DNA of 63,205 bases, counting the filler, from Rhabdomonas costata (lineage: Eukaryota), in assembly GCA_019059605.1 (NCBI GenBank). It is 44 parts of 44 records of this genome, joined end to end, with 100 filler letters (N's around TTAATTAATTAA, not from the genome) between each part and the next. Parts side by side here need not be neighbours in the genome. Positions count along the whole stretch, not along the records: positions 24,462 to 25,800 come from JAHMHO010018905.1; positions 25,901 to 27,240 come from JAHMHO010018906.1; positions 27,341 to 28,679 come from JAHMHO010018907.1; positions 28,780 to 30,126 come from JAHMHO010018908.1; positions 30,227 to 31,565 come from JAHMHO010018909.1; positions 31,666 to 33,004 come from JAHMHO010018910.1; positions 33,105 to 34,443 come from JAHMHO010018911.1; positions 34,544 to 35,882 come from JAHMHO010018912.1; 36 more parts are not named here. One strand, written 5' to 3'. Each line of letters starts with the position of its first letter. Within the stretch, counting starts at the first letter, position 1. The notes beneath the pieces are model-generated. The model searched no databases and was not told where the DNA came from. It was given only the letters and a program-made list of their open reading frames with translations. Made by a program: the position numbers and the translations under genes. This document shows positions 24,746 through 36,901 of the stretch, one piece after another.

Positions 24746-25766
24746 CATTGCAAAACACCGCAACGCTGTTGTCCGTGAGGCCGCCCACACTCAGCGGGGC
24801 GGTGATGAGGTCCGCCGTGAGCGCGCTGTCCGCGAAGCTGCCCAGGGAGCACGAGCCCCCCACCGTCGCGCTCACGCACCACACCGAGGAGCTGCGGTAC
24901 AACACGGTCCCCGTTCCTTGGGCGGTGTAGTACGAGTATCCCCCGTACACTCCCGCGACGTCGTAGATGCCGCCCACCCCGCGGTTGTTGGGATCCACGA
25001 TCTGAACGCTGCACGCTGAGAAGAAAAAGAACTGGCGCAGATCCGGAATCCACAAAACAAGCCTTTTCCACAAGGTCAGAGCTAGCATGCGGTGCTTGTG
25101 TTCAAATGCCCGCCTTCACGCAGAACTGACTGATTTTCCACTCGCTGTTCCCTCCCATTGAGGTGTACCCAGAAAGTAACCGCAAAAGGACTCCCCAAAC
25201 AAAACAAGTGCAAACATCAAAAGCAAAGCCAGTTTGTCAGCCGAGCGGCGCGCACGCAAGCATCAATGCACACCCTCAAAGGTGACGTAGTTGTGTGAGG
25301 AAAGGTCACTGCCAAATGCAACGTAGCCGTAGCCCGCGGTGGCCCAGCTTGTACCCCTGCAAAGGATCATCCAAAGAAAAAAGGATCAAAGACAGGGAGG
25401 TGGTGCATCGAGATATGTGACTTACCGCTGGGCAGGCCTGAAGGAGGCAGATCACCGACCCAAGACGTCACACAGGTATGATTTTCTTCACACCCCATCA
25501 TTATCTCATCCCACTCACAATACGTGGTGGCATTGATATCGAACCATGACCATCTGCAATGCCTTTGAAGCTTCGTCTTAATTTTCTTTCTTGATGGCGG
25601 GCCACGTCGGTGGAGCCTCTACAGTGGGTACACACACGCTTCGTGTACGTGGGTGGGTGTGATGGTGGGTGTGGATGAAGAACCATGAGTTCCGGAGGAT
25701 CCAGTACGGCGGGTTCGCAACGCTGTTATATCCCACCAGCACCACGGCATGGTCCCAGGCTGTACC
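24746..25766 (-). CDS. Papain-family (C1A) cysteine protease C-terminus fused to an extra module; exons ~25766-25684, 25356-25274, 25015-24746
   Basis: DHAVVLVGY...PYWILRNSWGTSWATAGYGY contains the catalytic His and Asn motifs. It splices in frame (phase 2, then phase 1) onto a 90-aa Cys-bounded exon. Confidence 0.92.
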
Positions 25767-27920
25767 CTTCAGAGTTAGCACAGCGTTGCGAACCCCCCCC
25801 NNNNNNNNNNNNNNNNNNNNNNNNNNNNNNNNNNNNNNNNNNNNTTAATTAATTAANNNNNNNNNNNNNNNNNNNNNNNNNNNNNNNNNNNNNNNNNNNN
25901 TGTTTGCCATTGGAGTGGAAAGTTGGGGGGGAGGGGCAGAAGACGTTGAGTCGTCAAAGTAGAGTGCTTAGCATCTCATCTTGGCTTATGTTTAATTTTC
26001 AATTACCTTTTTTTGATGTGCCGATTCCCACGATACTCGGATGGACGGCAGCCCCCAGCAGCTGTGACATTCCATACGGTCGATCTGTAGGTCACCTTCC
26101 CCATTCACTTGCAGATGCCCTTCGAGACGAGAGCAACCAGAGTGCAGGAAATGCAACGTCAGGTCGCCATGATCTTCTCGATGCGCCCCCTCTTTGCGAA
26201 CATTTGACAATCCTGCTTTTTTAACTGGTTTGGCTGTTATGTTATGTCCTTAATGCACGATGTGCTGTCATGTTCGTCAGGTCAAAAGTGAACTCAGTCA
26301 AAGCCCAAAACACGCAACAAAAGGCCCCTTTCAAGCTGTTTGGCGATGCCTCACGCAGCAGTGTGAAAACAACCGATCTGTTTTGGCGATTATTCAATGG
26401 TTTGGTTACTAACTATATGCTACAGCATTTACTTTTTTTTTTAGCAAAATGGGATTAGGCGTGCTGTTCTTGTTGCGTTGTCCCGCGCAGGGACGGATAT
26501 GGCTCGTGCACGAGGGGGCCAGTATTGTTGAGTCCGAGGTTCGCTGAGCCTTCGCATTCTCAATTCACGCCTTTTTGCTCCGTGACATTTTCGCCATTTC
26601 CCAGTGAAAATCAAGCATATGCTTTTTTTGTGTGATTTTGGTGCCCATGGTGTGGGGACCTGGCCCATGTATTAACATGGAATCCGGCGAATCCCTTTGC
26701 TCGGATTCTAGGGGAAATTTTGCGGGTGGTGAAGATGTGCCCACGCCCAAGGTGGACTTCCATTATATAGTTTCGTCATGGGTAATGATAAATGGCACAT
26801 ATTCGGTAGACGGGCGATAGGACAATATTGAAATGTGAAAGTGGTTAGGGCGCCATGGACGTGGGGGGGGGGTCCGGGGTACCCGCAACTTACCTTGCAA
26901 CGTTTTCCAAAATACTTTGAACAACCAAGGTTTTGGCCCCCCTCCCCCCCCTTATCAATGTTGGGTAAGACCGTTTTGCTAACCAACATTGAAAAATGAG
27001 AGGTGGAGGGGGGGTTGTTCAATTCCATTATGGAAAACGTGGTCTGAAAATGACTTTTTCGCAACGGCGGATTCCCAGCACCTAAACCTCCCGATTTTAC
27101 AGCCCCCCACAGAGTGGTGACACAGAAGCCTACGGCGTCGCTCCGCTCCGTGCTAAACTATGGCGGAAGCACACAAGTAAGGCTGAAAAGAGAGACAGGC
27201 ATGTACTTAAATGGCGATTTTGCGCGAATCAACACTGAAANNNNNNNNNNNNNNNNNNNNNNNNNNNNNNNNNNNNNNNNNNNNTTAATTAATTAANNNN
27301 NNNNNNNNNNNNNNNNNNNNNNNNNNNNNNNNNNNNNNNNGGGGGGTTGGGGTTCCGTGCCTGTCGGTGTGAAGCAGGTGAAGAGATTCAAATTTTTTAG
27401 AATCCTTACCTTTCACCTGGCTAGCTTGATGGCTTGCTCTGCGTTTTACCTCATTTGTTGCGCAAATCTACCCGCATCTACCTGCCTTGCTTTTGTATTG
27501 CAATTCACACCTTTGCTTCTGAGCATAGCAGTGGCGCATCTTTCTACTTCCGTGCCGCTGCAAAAAAAAATTCCGTCCTTGCTCTTCATGCCCCCTCTGC
27601 ATTTTGCATTTATGCTGTGTTCCAGACTTATCGTGTCAAACAAAACAAGCCAACCCAAAATTTATGTCGCGCGCATCACTGGATATTCGTTTGCTTTTAA
27701 AACACTCATATCAGTGATATATTCATGACGTATGTGCATCTAGCTCAAGACGCGCGAAATTTGGGAAGCCCCGTAATCTGTAAGGCGACGTCGTCATTTC
27801 CGGCCGTATCTTGCACATGGACAAAACTATTTAAAAGAGCATCCACGGTCGAACACATCAGTACAGAGCGGAGGCTGGCGTGAGGCAGGAGGTAGAGAAG
27901 CATGGAAAGGGAAAGCACAC

Positions 27921-28664
27921 TCTAATGTCATGTAGATCGTGCCGTTGCAGATGGCGTTGTCCGGACAGCTGTTACAGGTCCGAGTGCCCAGGACGGCATA
28001 CTGGTCCCATTGGACGGCGTCGGGGGATCCACAAGGGCTGCGCGTGAGAAAATACCGACCCTCAAGTTCGTAGACATCAGATATCTCGTTCACAACAGCG
28101 TCTAAACACACGTAGTAGGCACGGAACCACGTCACAAAACGAAAGCAAAGACGATACGACAGGTCGTGTGGCTAGGAGAGGTTGTGAGTAAAAAAATACA
28201 CCAAAAAAATACCGTAGAAGGGAAGCAACATTAATGCCGATACAAAAGACAATAGCAAGAGAGGGAGAGCATGACGAGGATCTGCTTCCCCCCTGACGGT
28301 TAACAGAGGCTTACACACGCTGTTCACATATTTAAAACATGTCCCCACGCGACACAACCACCACCACCACACTATGGCAGATCTCACACTATGATATGGC
28401 AGAAATCACAAAACAGCCCGGGCCAGTCAGCAATTCTGTGCAGCCAAAAAAATTGCTGACTGGCCCGGGCTGTTTCGTGATTTCCGCCAGAATGGTGACA
28501 GGTGGGGTGCAGGGCAACCCAACGGTGATGAGGTCGCTGTACAAGCTGAGCGCTGTGGTGCTGGTGTTAAACAGCAGCTGATAGACGCCCCCGAAGAGGG
28601 ACCCGGCCGAGCCAGATGCCAGCGTGAAGGACAGCCTGCTGAAGACAAACGCGCCGTCCCGAAT
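27921..28664 (-). CDS. Cys-rich extracellular/membrane protein; exons 28664-28519 and 28037-27921
   Basis: IRDGAFVFSRLSFT...YSDLITVG PCGSPDAVQWDQYAVLGTRTCNSCPDNAICNGT (CxxCPxxAxCxG). Phase-2 GTTGCC...CAG intron. Confidence 0.65.
28397..28489. repeat. Intronic hairpin, 39-bp arms with 2 mismatches and a 15-nt loop
   Basis: Arms 28397-28435 and 28451-28489, inside intron 28518-28038. Confidence 0.85.
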
Positions 28665-28779
28665 CTGCAAAAAACAAAANNNNNNNNNNNNNNNNNNNNN
28701 NNNNNNNNNNNNNNNNNNNNNNNTTAATTAATTAANNNNNNNNNNNNNNNNNNNNNNNNNNNNNNNNNNNNNNNNNNNN

Positions 28780-28960
28780 TTGTGGTGGGACCGGGCTGCC
28801 CCATGCAGAGCACCGCGTTGAGTCGAGCGCTGTGCCACTTGCTGTCGGTGGCCTTCTGCTTCAGCTCTCGGCGTGTTCTGCCATCCGTGATCTCCAGCTC
28901 GGGAGGGCAAGCTTCAAGGCCCTCGGCGAACTGCGGCAGGTCGCCCCAGAGGCGGGGAAC
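28780..28960 (-). CDS. Hypothetical protein exon
   Basis: TTTTCCAG acceptor, then GC3-rich VPRLWGDLPQFAEGLEACPPELEITDG... running to the contig edge. Confidence 0.5.
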
Positions 28961-30065
28961 CTGGAAAAGAAAACAGCCCGACAAACGCCCTTGTTTCACA
29001 CGTCGTGACTTTCGCCCACTTTCCGGTTCCATGTGTCGTTCCCTCACTTCTCTCCTTTTGTTCGCTCCACATGTTACATTGTGCTGCAGCCTTGTGTCAT
29101 TGCCTTCACTAACACCTCACAACACAGCCTTCCATTTAACCAGCAAAACAAAACGGGCAAAGATAGGCTGTGGGTCCACCACAATCACACAACAGAGCCC
29201 GCAGCAGCAGCAACATGTGCATGAATTCGCTGCAACCCGTGTACGAACACAGGACCCCGGTTTGTTTTCGCATCGGAAGGTGTCAGTTCAAAAATTCTGC
29301 TTGCTTGTGAGATGCATGGGAGGTGAAAGCAGTAGCACAGCACATGGCTTGGGTGGATCGGCCCCCCACGGGATAAGACAGGAGAGCGAAAGCGAAAACA
29401 CAGATGCAAATTAAGCCTAAATTTGGGCAAGCTTTGCCTATTTTCGGCCATTTTGTGACCGCTTAGGTCAAAGTTGACTTTCCGGGCCCTCATAGGGACT
29501 ATACAAGCGAGCATGGAAAGGTCAAGGTGCTACAGAGTCTTTCAGGGGGAGTGCTCTGCCTCAGCGCAGCGTAGAGGCCATGGGCTAGCACTGACAGAAC
29601 GTTTCAGAATTATTTGACGATTTTTCTATGGTGAAGTTTTTAAAAGCGTTCTTTGCAAGATTGGTTACAGTGGGACTTGTGCGAACAGATGGCAAAAGGA
29701 AAGCCATTCAACAACAAATAGCACAATGTGCACTAACATACGAGATTAAATCACATCAGGTACACATTTCAGCATCAATGAGACGATGTTTTGCAGTTCT
29801 AGAGGGAAAAGCGCGACAGTTTTCGGTTAAATTACTTTGGTAAAGGGGGTTAGGGAGCGATGCAGCGGGGGGGGGTCCGTCCCCCCGTAACTTGCCTAGG
29901 GTTAGGGAGTGTTCGTTTTCTCCCCAGGTTAACGATATTTTCGATTTTTGAACTGCAAGAACTATGTGAGGATGAGTGCCGCTTGAGAGACTTTTTGTCC
30001 AAATATGGAGTGCTGGGGGAATGCCCCTGTGGCCAACCTCTTCGCTCTGCGTGGTATGCCCTTGT

Positions 30066-30066
<1 letters not shown>

Positions 30067-30119
<53 letters not shown>
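30067..30119. repeat. (CA)n microsatellite
   Basis: About 26 CA units at the contig end. Confidence 0.95.
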
Positions 30120-30121
<2 letters not shown>

Positions 30122-30367
30122 AACACNNNNNNNNNNNNNNNNNNNNNNNNNNNNNNNNNNNNNNNNNNNNTTAATTAATTAANNNNNNNNNNNNNNNNNN
30201 NNNNNNNNNNNNNNNNNNNNNNNNNNGTGTGTGTGTTGTCTGTCAAGAACCTTCCAAATCAATACACGCTTTATTTCTCAGACAGACAACACACAACCAC
30301 GCAAGGTACGGCAAGGTTCACCAACAGAACGAACTTCATATTTTACACCCTGCTGCATGCACCAATT

Positions 30368-31505
30368 CTAGAAGAAGTTAACCAGAGTGTTACGGTACCT
30401 GTACACGGTGAGCACCAGAGCCTCAATCTGCTTCCCTAACAAAAGGCTCGTCTCCAACAACTTGGCTGGCTTCCAACTCCAGCCACTTGGTACCATCTCC
30501 GATGGATTTCGAGAAAGCACGGCCTTATCGGGATTGCTAATGAAAACCACCGATGGGCCCAACTTAATTCCAAAGTCCCGTGCACGGCGGTCCAGTTCTC
30601 CACCGAAGAAGGTGTCGACCATCCCCAGCGAGTCTGCGGCATGGAGGAGAATCTGAGCGCGGCTGCGATAGTTTTGAGTGAGCTGAAAGACGTACTCAGG
30701 GGCAGGACGTTCTGGCGCCCAATTGGCGTCACTGTCCACTTCGGCTTTCGAGTCTTCCTCGTCGTCAGGATCAAGAACTTCGAAACCACGAACTCCTTTT
30801 CTCGGGCCACCACAGTTCCCCAGTCGTTTTCGAACAACCTTTTTGGATGAGCGCCCGACTCCCTTGTACTGAAGGTGATGATCCTTCTCGTGAGAGACAC
30901 TGTATATTACCGGCTCCGAAACCTCGGCGATCCCCTTGTCCTCCGGCTTCTGAACATAATGCAAAAAAAAAAGCCTTGCGAGATGGCCTCCGCAAAACAA
31001 CAGCCGTTTGGATCACTGCAAAGCATCAGCAATACCTTGATCTGCAATGGGGAGTGATCCTGGGCCTCGTCCACGTAGATTCGACTGAGGAGCCTTTTGA
31101 GGGAAGTGCTTCAGGCGATTCAGAACATGACGTGAAATGCCCCGATCATCGTAATCACGGTTCATTCGCTTCTCAGTTTCGTACCTTTCGAAAGTCGGAC
31201 ACTAGTCCAGGCTCGTAAACGTAAGACGCCTTCTTAGATTTCAGCTCTTCATTTTCCTGGCGGTCCATGACTTTTCGACTGTTGCCTTTGATAACCGTCA
31301 TGCTCTGGACATACGCAACGGCGACGTTTATCCTTGATGTCAGCTCCACAGAAAACTTGGTCCGGTACTTGCTCCGAAACAGAGGAAAATCGACCTTTGA
31401 GGTAGACTGTCTCTGCTCACCAGGCTTTTTGGACTCCGCGCCGAAGCCATTGGAAAACCTGAGATTCATGTCGTCCCCCATCGTCGGCACGTTCCACGTC
31501 CTCAT
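30368..31505 (-). pseudogene. Intronless, frameshifted UvrD-like SF1 helicase (TRANK1-like)
   Basis: IYVDEAQDHSPLQIKVLLMLCSDPNG (31080-~31003; Walker B DExQD) and VFQLTQNYRSRAQIL...TFFGGELDR (motif IV LxxNYRS) lie in different frames. At least three frameshifts are needed to connect the segments. Confidence 0.8.
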
Positions 31506-34500
31506 GTTGACCCGAAGCTACACGACCAAAGAAGGAATCCCAAAAACACCACACACACCCAACACNNNNNNNNNNNNNNNNNNNNNNNNNNNNNNNNNNN
31601 NNNNNNNNNTTAATTAATTAANNNNNNNNNNNNNNNNNNNNNNNNNNNNNNNNNNNNNNNNNNNNGTGGGGTTTGTATGAAAAAGCTGTCAGGGTGTTTC
31701 ATCTTGCCGGATGAAAGCGTTATTTTCTGTGTCCATGAAAAATCAAATATGTCATCACTCAAACTACTTTACACCAAATTGAAATGGGCGCCTTCCAAGT
31801 TTTGGTTTTTCATCGATGCAAGTGTGCGAAGTAAAGCAACCCCGACTGCGCTAAACATTTGCAAAGTCTAGCTCTTTTTAGAATCCTGTCAACACAGCTG
31901 GTAAGGGGAAAGATGGGGAACTGCCCAGTTGAGGAGGCGGAGGTTAACTTGCAGGCGATGGACGCCAGCCACACGGCTCTGGTTGCGGCTGAGCTGAAAG
32001 CTGGATTTTTTCAGATCCTGCGATCCAGTACCCCTCTACTGACCATGGGGTTGTTCCCCACACCCCTTGGCGCTTGTGTTGGGTTTGAAAAGAGGGAGCT
32101 GGACAACGATTTTCATGCTCAAATGAACGCAAAAAAAAAAAGAACAAGGTCAAAGGGTCGCAGAAACTGAGCGAGGAGAGCTTGCGAACGTGCCAATCAC
32201 CCCGGTTTTGCTCTGGACTCCAGGCAGACCTGTTCTGGTATATTTACTTGTGCTTATTTCCTGAGTTCCTAAGTAAGTGAAGGCAGGTAACATGTTCACA
32301 AAACCCGCCCCACTCATTTCCGATGGCATTCGCTTTTACTGATCGATTGCGTTTGCTCTGGGAACAGTCAATTCCACACCACGCTCCGAATCCAGCCCTT
32401 CCAAATTACACAAACCAAGGACCAAAACATAAATCCATCATTTATGCGCAAAACACTCACTCAGGGTCAACCTTGCCACGCTTTCGAGGCTGCTGTGTCA
32501 CACCCACACTGGCGACGGTGTTGAGCTCTCCGTTCGGGAACCTTGCGAGGCGTTGCGGGTGGCGATCCGGCGTGGCTGCACCCCTTCAGCTGCTAAGGGG
32601 TGCGCCTACGAGTGCATCTACGATGTGAATCTCATCGACCTAGATGTCGAGCACATGTCTATCCCAGAGGAGGAGGAGTACGATGCCATTTTCCGGTGTG
32701 CTTGAATGTGCAGGTAGGTTTTGTTTTTGCAGGTAGCATTTTGTCGGAAAAAAGACGGTTTGAGGCGAATCTCTCCCCCTCCCCTTTTGAACCACTTTTT
32801 GTTCACGCCCGTGAACCACAGCGGCCGCATGCTTGTTCTGTGCACGGGGTCAAGTGTGGTGGCCCCAGCGCTCCCCTGGGAATCCGAGGGATTTGCCCTT
32901 GTTTATCGCAATGCAGGAGGTTAGCAAGTTCTGGTGTGCCTCCCCGCGCGAACGATGCAGCGCCAGCCCCATAGAGTCAAATGGAGCGAGCTGTCCAAAA
33001 CAAANNNNNNNNNNNNNNNNNNNNNNNNNNNNNNNNNNNNNNNNNNNNTTAATTAATTAANNNNNNNNNNNNNNNNNNNNNNNNNNNNNNNNNNNNNNNN
33101 NNNNGGGTTTTTTTTAGTGTGCTAGAAGGATTTTAGATTAGAGCATTAACCACAGCTTCGGAAGTCGGATGTTATGTGAAGCACGTAAATGTACTGTCAG
33201 TCCTGTCAGGGCTCAAAATACAGGAACACTCCTCCTGGGACACTGAGACCGTACGTGCCCTTCCTCATTGAGAAGTGAGCCAGGTTTTGTTAAACGAAGG
33301 GCACGGCTTAGCCAACGGAGCTCAGGTCTTTGCTGGTGATGGGCCCGGGCTCACATCATCTCTTCTCCCTCAGGATGCACGTGTGCAACGCCCTTTGTGC
33401 GGGGTTCATTAACGATCGGCCGCGGCTTCAGATCAAGGACTGGAAGAAGGTCAGACCTTCGAGGCATACCAGCTTCGAGTTTCACGAGACAGTTGCGCGA
33501 AGTACTGTGCAATGAGCTGCTGTACAGGATTTTACGCTCACTGTAAACAGCGTGCAGTGGTGTAGATTATTGTCTTGCCTTCTATTGGTACTTCGCTCAA
33601 TCACTGGTCCATCTGGCGTGATGCCGGGGAGCGGCATTTCCCTCTGTCGTTCGTGGAAGAGAAGAGAAGAGTATTGGGGGTGAAAGCGCTCTCGCGGGTC
33701 CGAAAAGTGGGAAGTGCAAGGCACGGGGATTCGGAGGATAACATTACAAAACATTGTTGGACCTCTATGTTTTCGCAACGGGCATCTGATCAGGTTGATT
33801 GAGCATTCTGAAGTGATCTTGAGAGATTTCGGGGATTTCGCTGATTGTTCTTCTCTTCCGAACCATCAGCTACTTTCGCTCTTCTGCTTGTGTTTTTTAT
33901 CTAGCTTGACAATGAAGTGGTTGCTGGCAACCGATGGTATCTGGTTGCCTGCGAACATTAGAATTCTTTCCTTCCCTCCCGTCAAAATGCATATCAATGG
34001 TGCCTAAAGAGCTGGATTTACCTTCGGGGTAAAGGGTCGGGGTCGCAGGACAGAGCTACACGCATTACTGCCCGATCGACGTTTAAAAAAACCTTGAAAG
34101 TAAACAACTACCAAGTGGGTAACCTCTGATTGGGTGGACCTTTCTGAGGCAAGCGGGAGGCTGGAAATAGAGTGCTCATGGTGAACTGATTTGAATACGG
34201 ATTTACCTTGTAATCAATTGCTTTGCAAGAAGAGCCTTTCGAGTGTAAGAAGATTCTCGTCCAAAAAACATCGGGCTGCTGCTGCAGTTGTGGCTACACA
34301 AAGACTTCAGCACCTTGTTCACCGATACGAAACGTAAACCTGCGCCACGTGCACACTTTTTCATTTTGCAGGTTCTTCCAGCGCGCAGAAGGCCCTCGCC
34401 AACTTGGTGTGTCCCCACACTTCGGCCACTTTCTCATCTTTCTNNNNNNNNNNNNNNNNNNNNNNNNNNNNNNNNNNNNNNNNNNNNTTAATTAATTAAN

Positions 34501-35258
34501 NNNNNNNNNNNNNNNNNNNNNNNNNNNNNNNNNNNNNNNNNNNTGTGGTTTGGTATCCAGGATAAACAGGTCTAGCTGGCGTCTCTCGGAACGTCAACAA
34601 AGTAAAATATTTCTGCTGACGTTCTTTCACCACCGGACTTTCTGTCGGCATTTGGCATGGATGCTTTTCCTATCTGCAAGATTCCCTTTTCGCCGAGAGT
34701 AGGTTGCCTTGGTTGCAAGCAACCGTTCTCCGCCCCAGTCCGCGCCCTCCCTCCCAGGAGTCGTGCGCTCCCAGGGAGAATGAGAAGAAGGCGCAACCCT
34801 GTGAAATTCACATCGTGTGGAGAGTTCCCCACGCCCCTCCAGATCAAGTGCTGCAAGCTCACATTCCCACCCTTGATCATGTTCCAAAAGGTCATGTTGT
34901 CATGTTCATTCGTGCAAAGGGCTTGCTGGAAAAACCCGACAGTTCTGCAAAGATCCGTCTTAAGATTTCAGGGTCAGCGCTTAGCACCTTTGTGGCCTTA
35001 GCAAAGTTGCTACTTTTCCGTCAACTCAGGGAGGAAACAGCCTGACAATCAGGTCAAGTTGAAGTATAGGGACCCCTTATACATATAACGGCGTTGTATG
35101 GAAATTGTGTGACATATAACGACATCATACGAATTCGGTAATATTAGTATCGGATTCGGAAATATAAGTATAACGGCGTTATACCTTTCTCGAAAGATTT
35201 TATTGGTGTTACCCTGGTCTTTTCATGTTGTCAGGATCCAAGAAGACTGGGTTACGTT

Positions 35259-35339
35259 TGCGATAAACGTGTCCCCAGAATGAGGCTATCAGGTCTCGTA
35301 GGGGGTTAGGTCTGCGATACACGTGTCCCCAGAATGAGG
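35259..35339. repeat. 27-bp direct repeat (1 mismatch, 54-bp period)
   Basis: TGCGATAMACGTGTCCCCAGAATGAGG at 35259-35285 and 35313-35339. Confidence 0.85.
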
Positions 35340-36802
35340 TTATTTGGAGGGAGAACGGCGAGCTTATGTATGCCTTGATCAACGTTCAGCATTGGCTAGC
35401 ACGCAGAATGATGTTGCAGATGAAATTCTCTTGGCCCCGCGGAAGGCTGCTCAGCACGTTTTGGGTGTAAAGCGGCGCAGGAGAAAAGGGTTGCCAATTT
35501 GGATCGCTTGGTAATCAGAAAGCCTAATGAACTTCGAATCAAAAAACTCCTCTCCTCACCTCTTCTGTTTCGGGGATGACTGTCGAGCCCTGATTTCTGA
35601 AGCAAATTTGTACAGCAGGGAAGCTTTTCCTTTCATGTTCGCACGGAATCCTGTTTCTTAAAGTTGATGGGAGACAATAACTCTGTGAAGGATAAATCTG
35701 AAGATGATGCCCAGAATGACGGCTTTTTTCCAGAACTCCGCATGCAATTACGTTAAATTGGCACTTCTTGCTCGTCAGCTGCCCGCTTCGTGCAGTGCCA
35801 GTGTTCCACCGAGGGATCTAGCTCAAGGCCTTCAAGGTGGTTCGCATTGATCGCACGGTTCTGACAAGATGACCCCAAACAANNNNNNNNNNNNNNNNNN
35901 NNNNNNNNNNNNNNNNNNNNNNNNNNTTAATTAATTAANNNNNNNNNNNNNNNNNNNNNNNNNNNNNNNNNNNNNNNNNNNNCGGAGTGGTTGGGTCATC
36001 ATCAGCAAGGCACCATCTCCGCCTGCCTTGGACGCTCTTCGTCGGGTTTTTTGGGACTGTGGGGTGGAGGTCGTCTTATTGTGGGATGCTTCGCATCTGA
36101 AATCGGAGGTTGGGCTCTGGATGTGCGTGGTACTGCGTGACGGGATGATGGATGCACTGGGCTGGGGTTGAGGTGGGGGGTTATGTGCGAGTGTAAGAGA
36201 GAGAGAGAGAGAGAAGCGGCCACACAAAGAGAGAGAGGCACCCATATGGTGCGTGAGGCACAGTGTGCTTAAACGGTATTTTTATGACGGAAGAGTGCCT
36301 TTGGAATGGAATTTGCTTTGAGATGGCCGTAGGAGTGGAATTAATATTTGGCCTTCGGTGAAAAGTGTGGGGCACAGTGAAAACAGCTATTGCAAGCTTG
36401 TGAGTAGAAGGAAATGGACTGGGGCAAACAGTAGAAACTTGCGAAACTTCAGCGGCTCTCGAAAAAGAGATTATTTGCACAGAATCTTCCTGGGCGCACT
36501 TAGCTGTGGATTCAAAACGCCTTTCTTTGAGGATGAACCCCCGAAACGCATTCCATTGTTTCCGACAGAAACCTTTGCTGAAAGGCGGCAAGACGCTGTG
36601 GCATGGCCGTACTTCAAGCCCAGCAACGCCAAGACAAAATCTCTATCTTATGCGTCCAGCACAATGAGGGCTCTGCCAACCTATTCAAGCGCTTGGTCGC
36701 GATGAAACAAACGCACATTCGTACAACCGTATCTACCCATTCAAACAGCAAAACCAGCTAATGCGTACATTATAAAAACACAAATAGGGAGCGGGGCGGC
36801 AC

Positions 36803-36901
36803 CTGCACGGCGACGTCGGCGCCAGCCCTCAGAAGGGCTGTCACAGCCTGCGGGCTGCCGCTCTGTGCTGCGCAGTGCAGTGGGGTGCGGCCCGAGGCAT
36901 C
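36803..36901 (-). CDS. Ankyrin-repeat exon (exactly one 33-aa repeat)
   Basis: DASGRTPLHCAAQSGSPQAVTALLRAGADVAVQ. 99 nt, CAG acceptor, GTGCCG donor, phase 0-0. Confidence 0.92.

Noticed and set aside
28038-28518. Possible euglenid nonconventional intron
   Set aside because: A conventional phase-2 GT-AG solution exists. I found no junction in the window that requires non-GT/GC-AG borders, though this cannot be excluded without transcripts.
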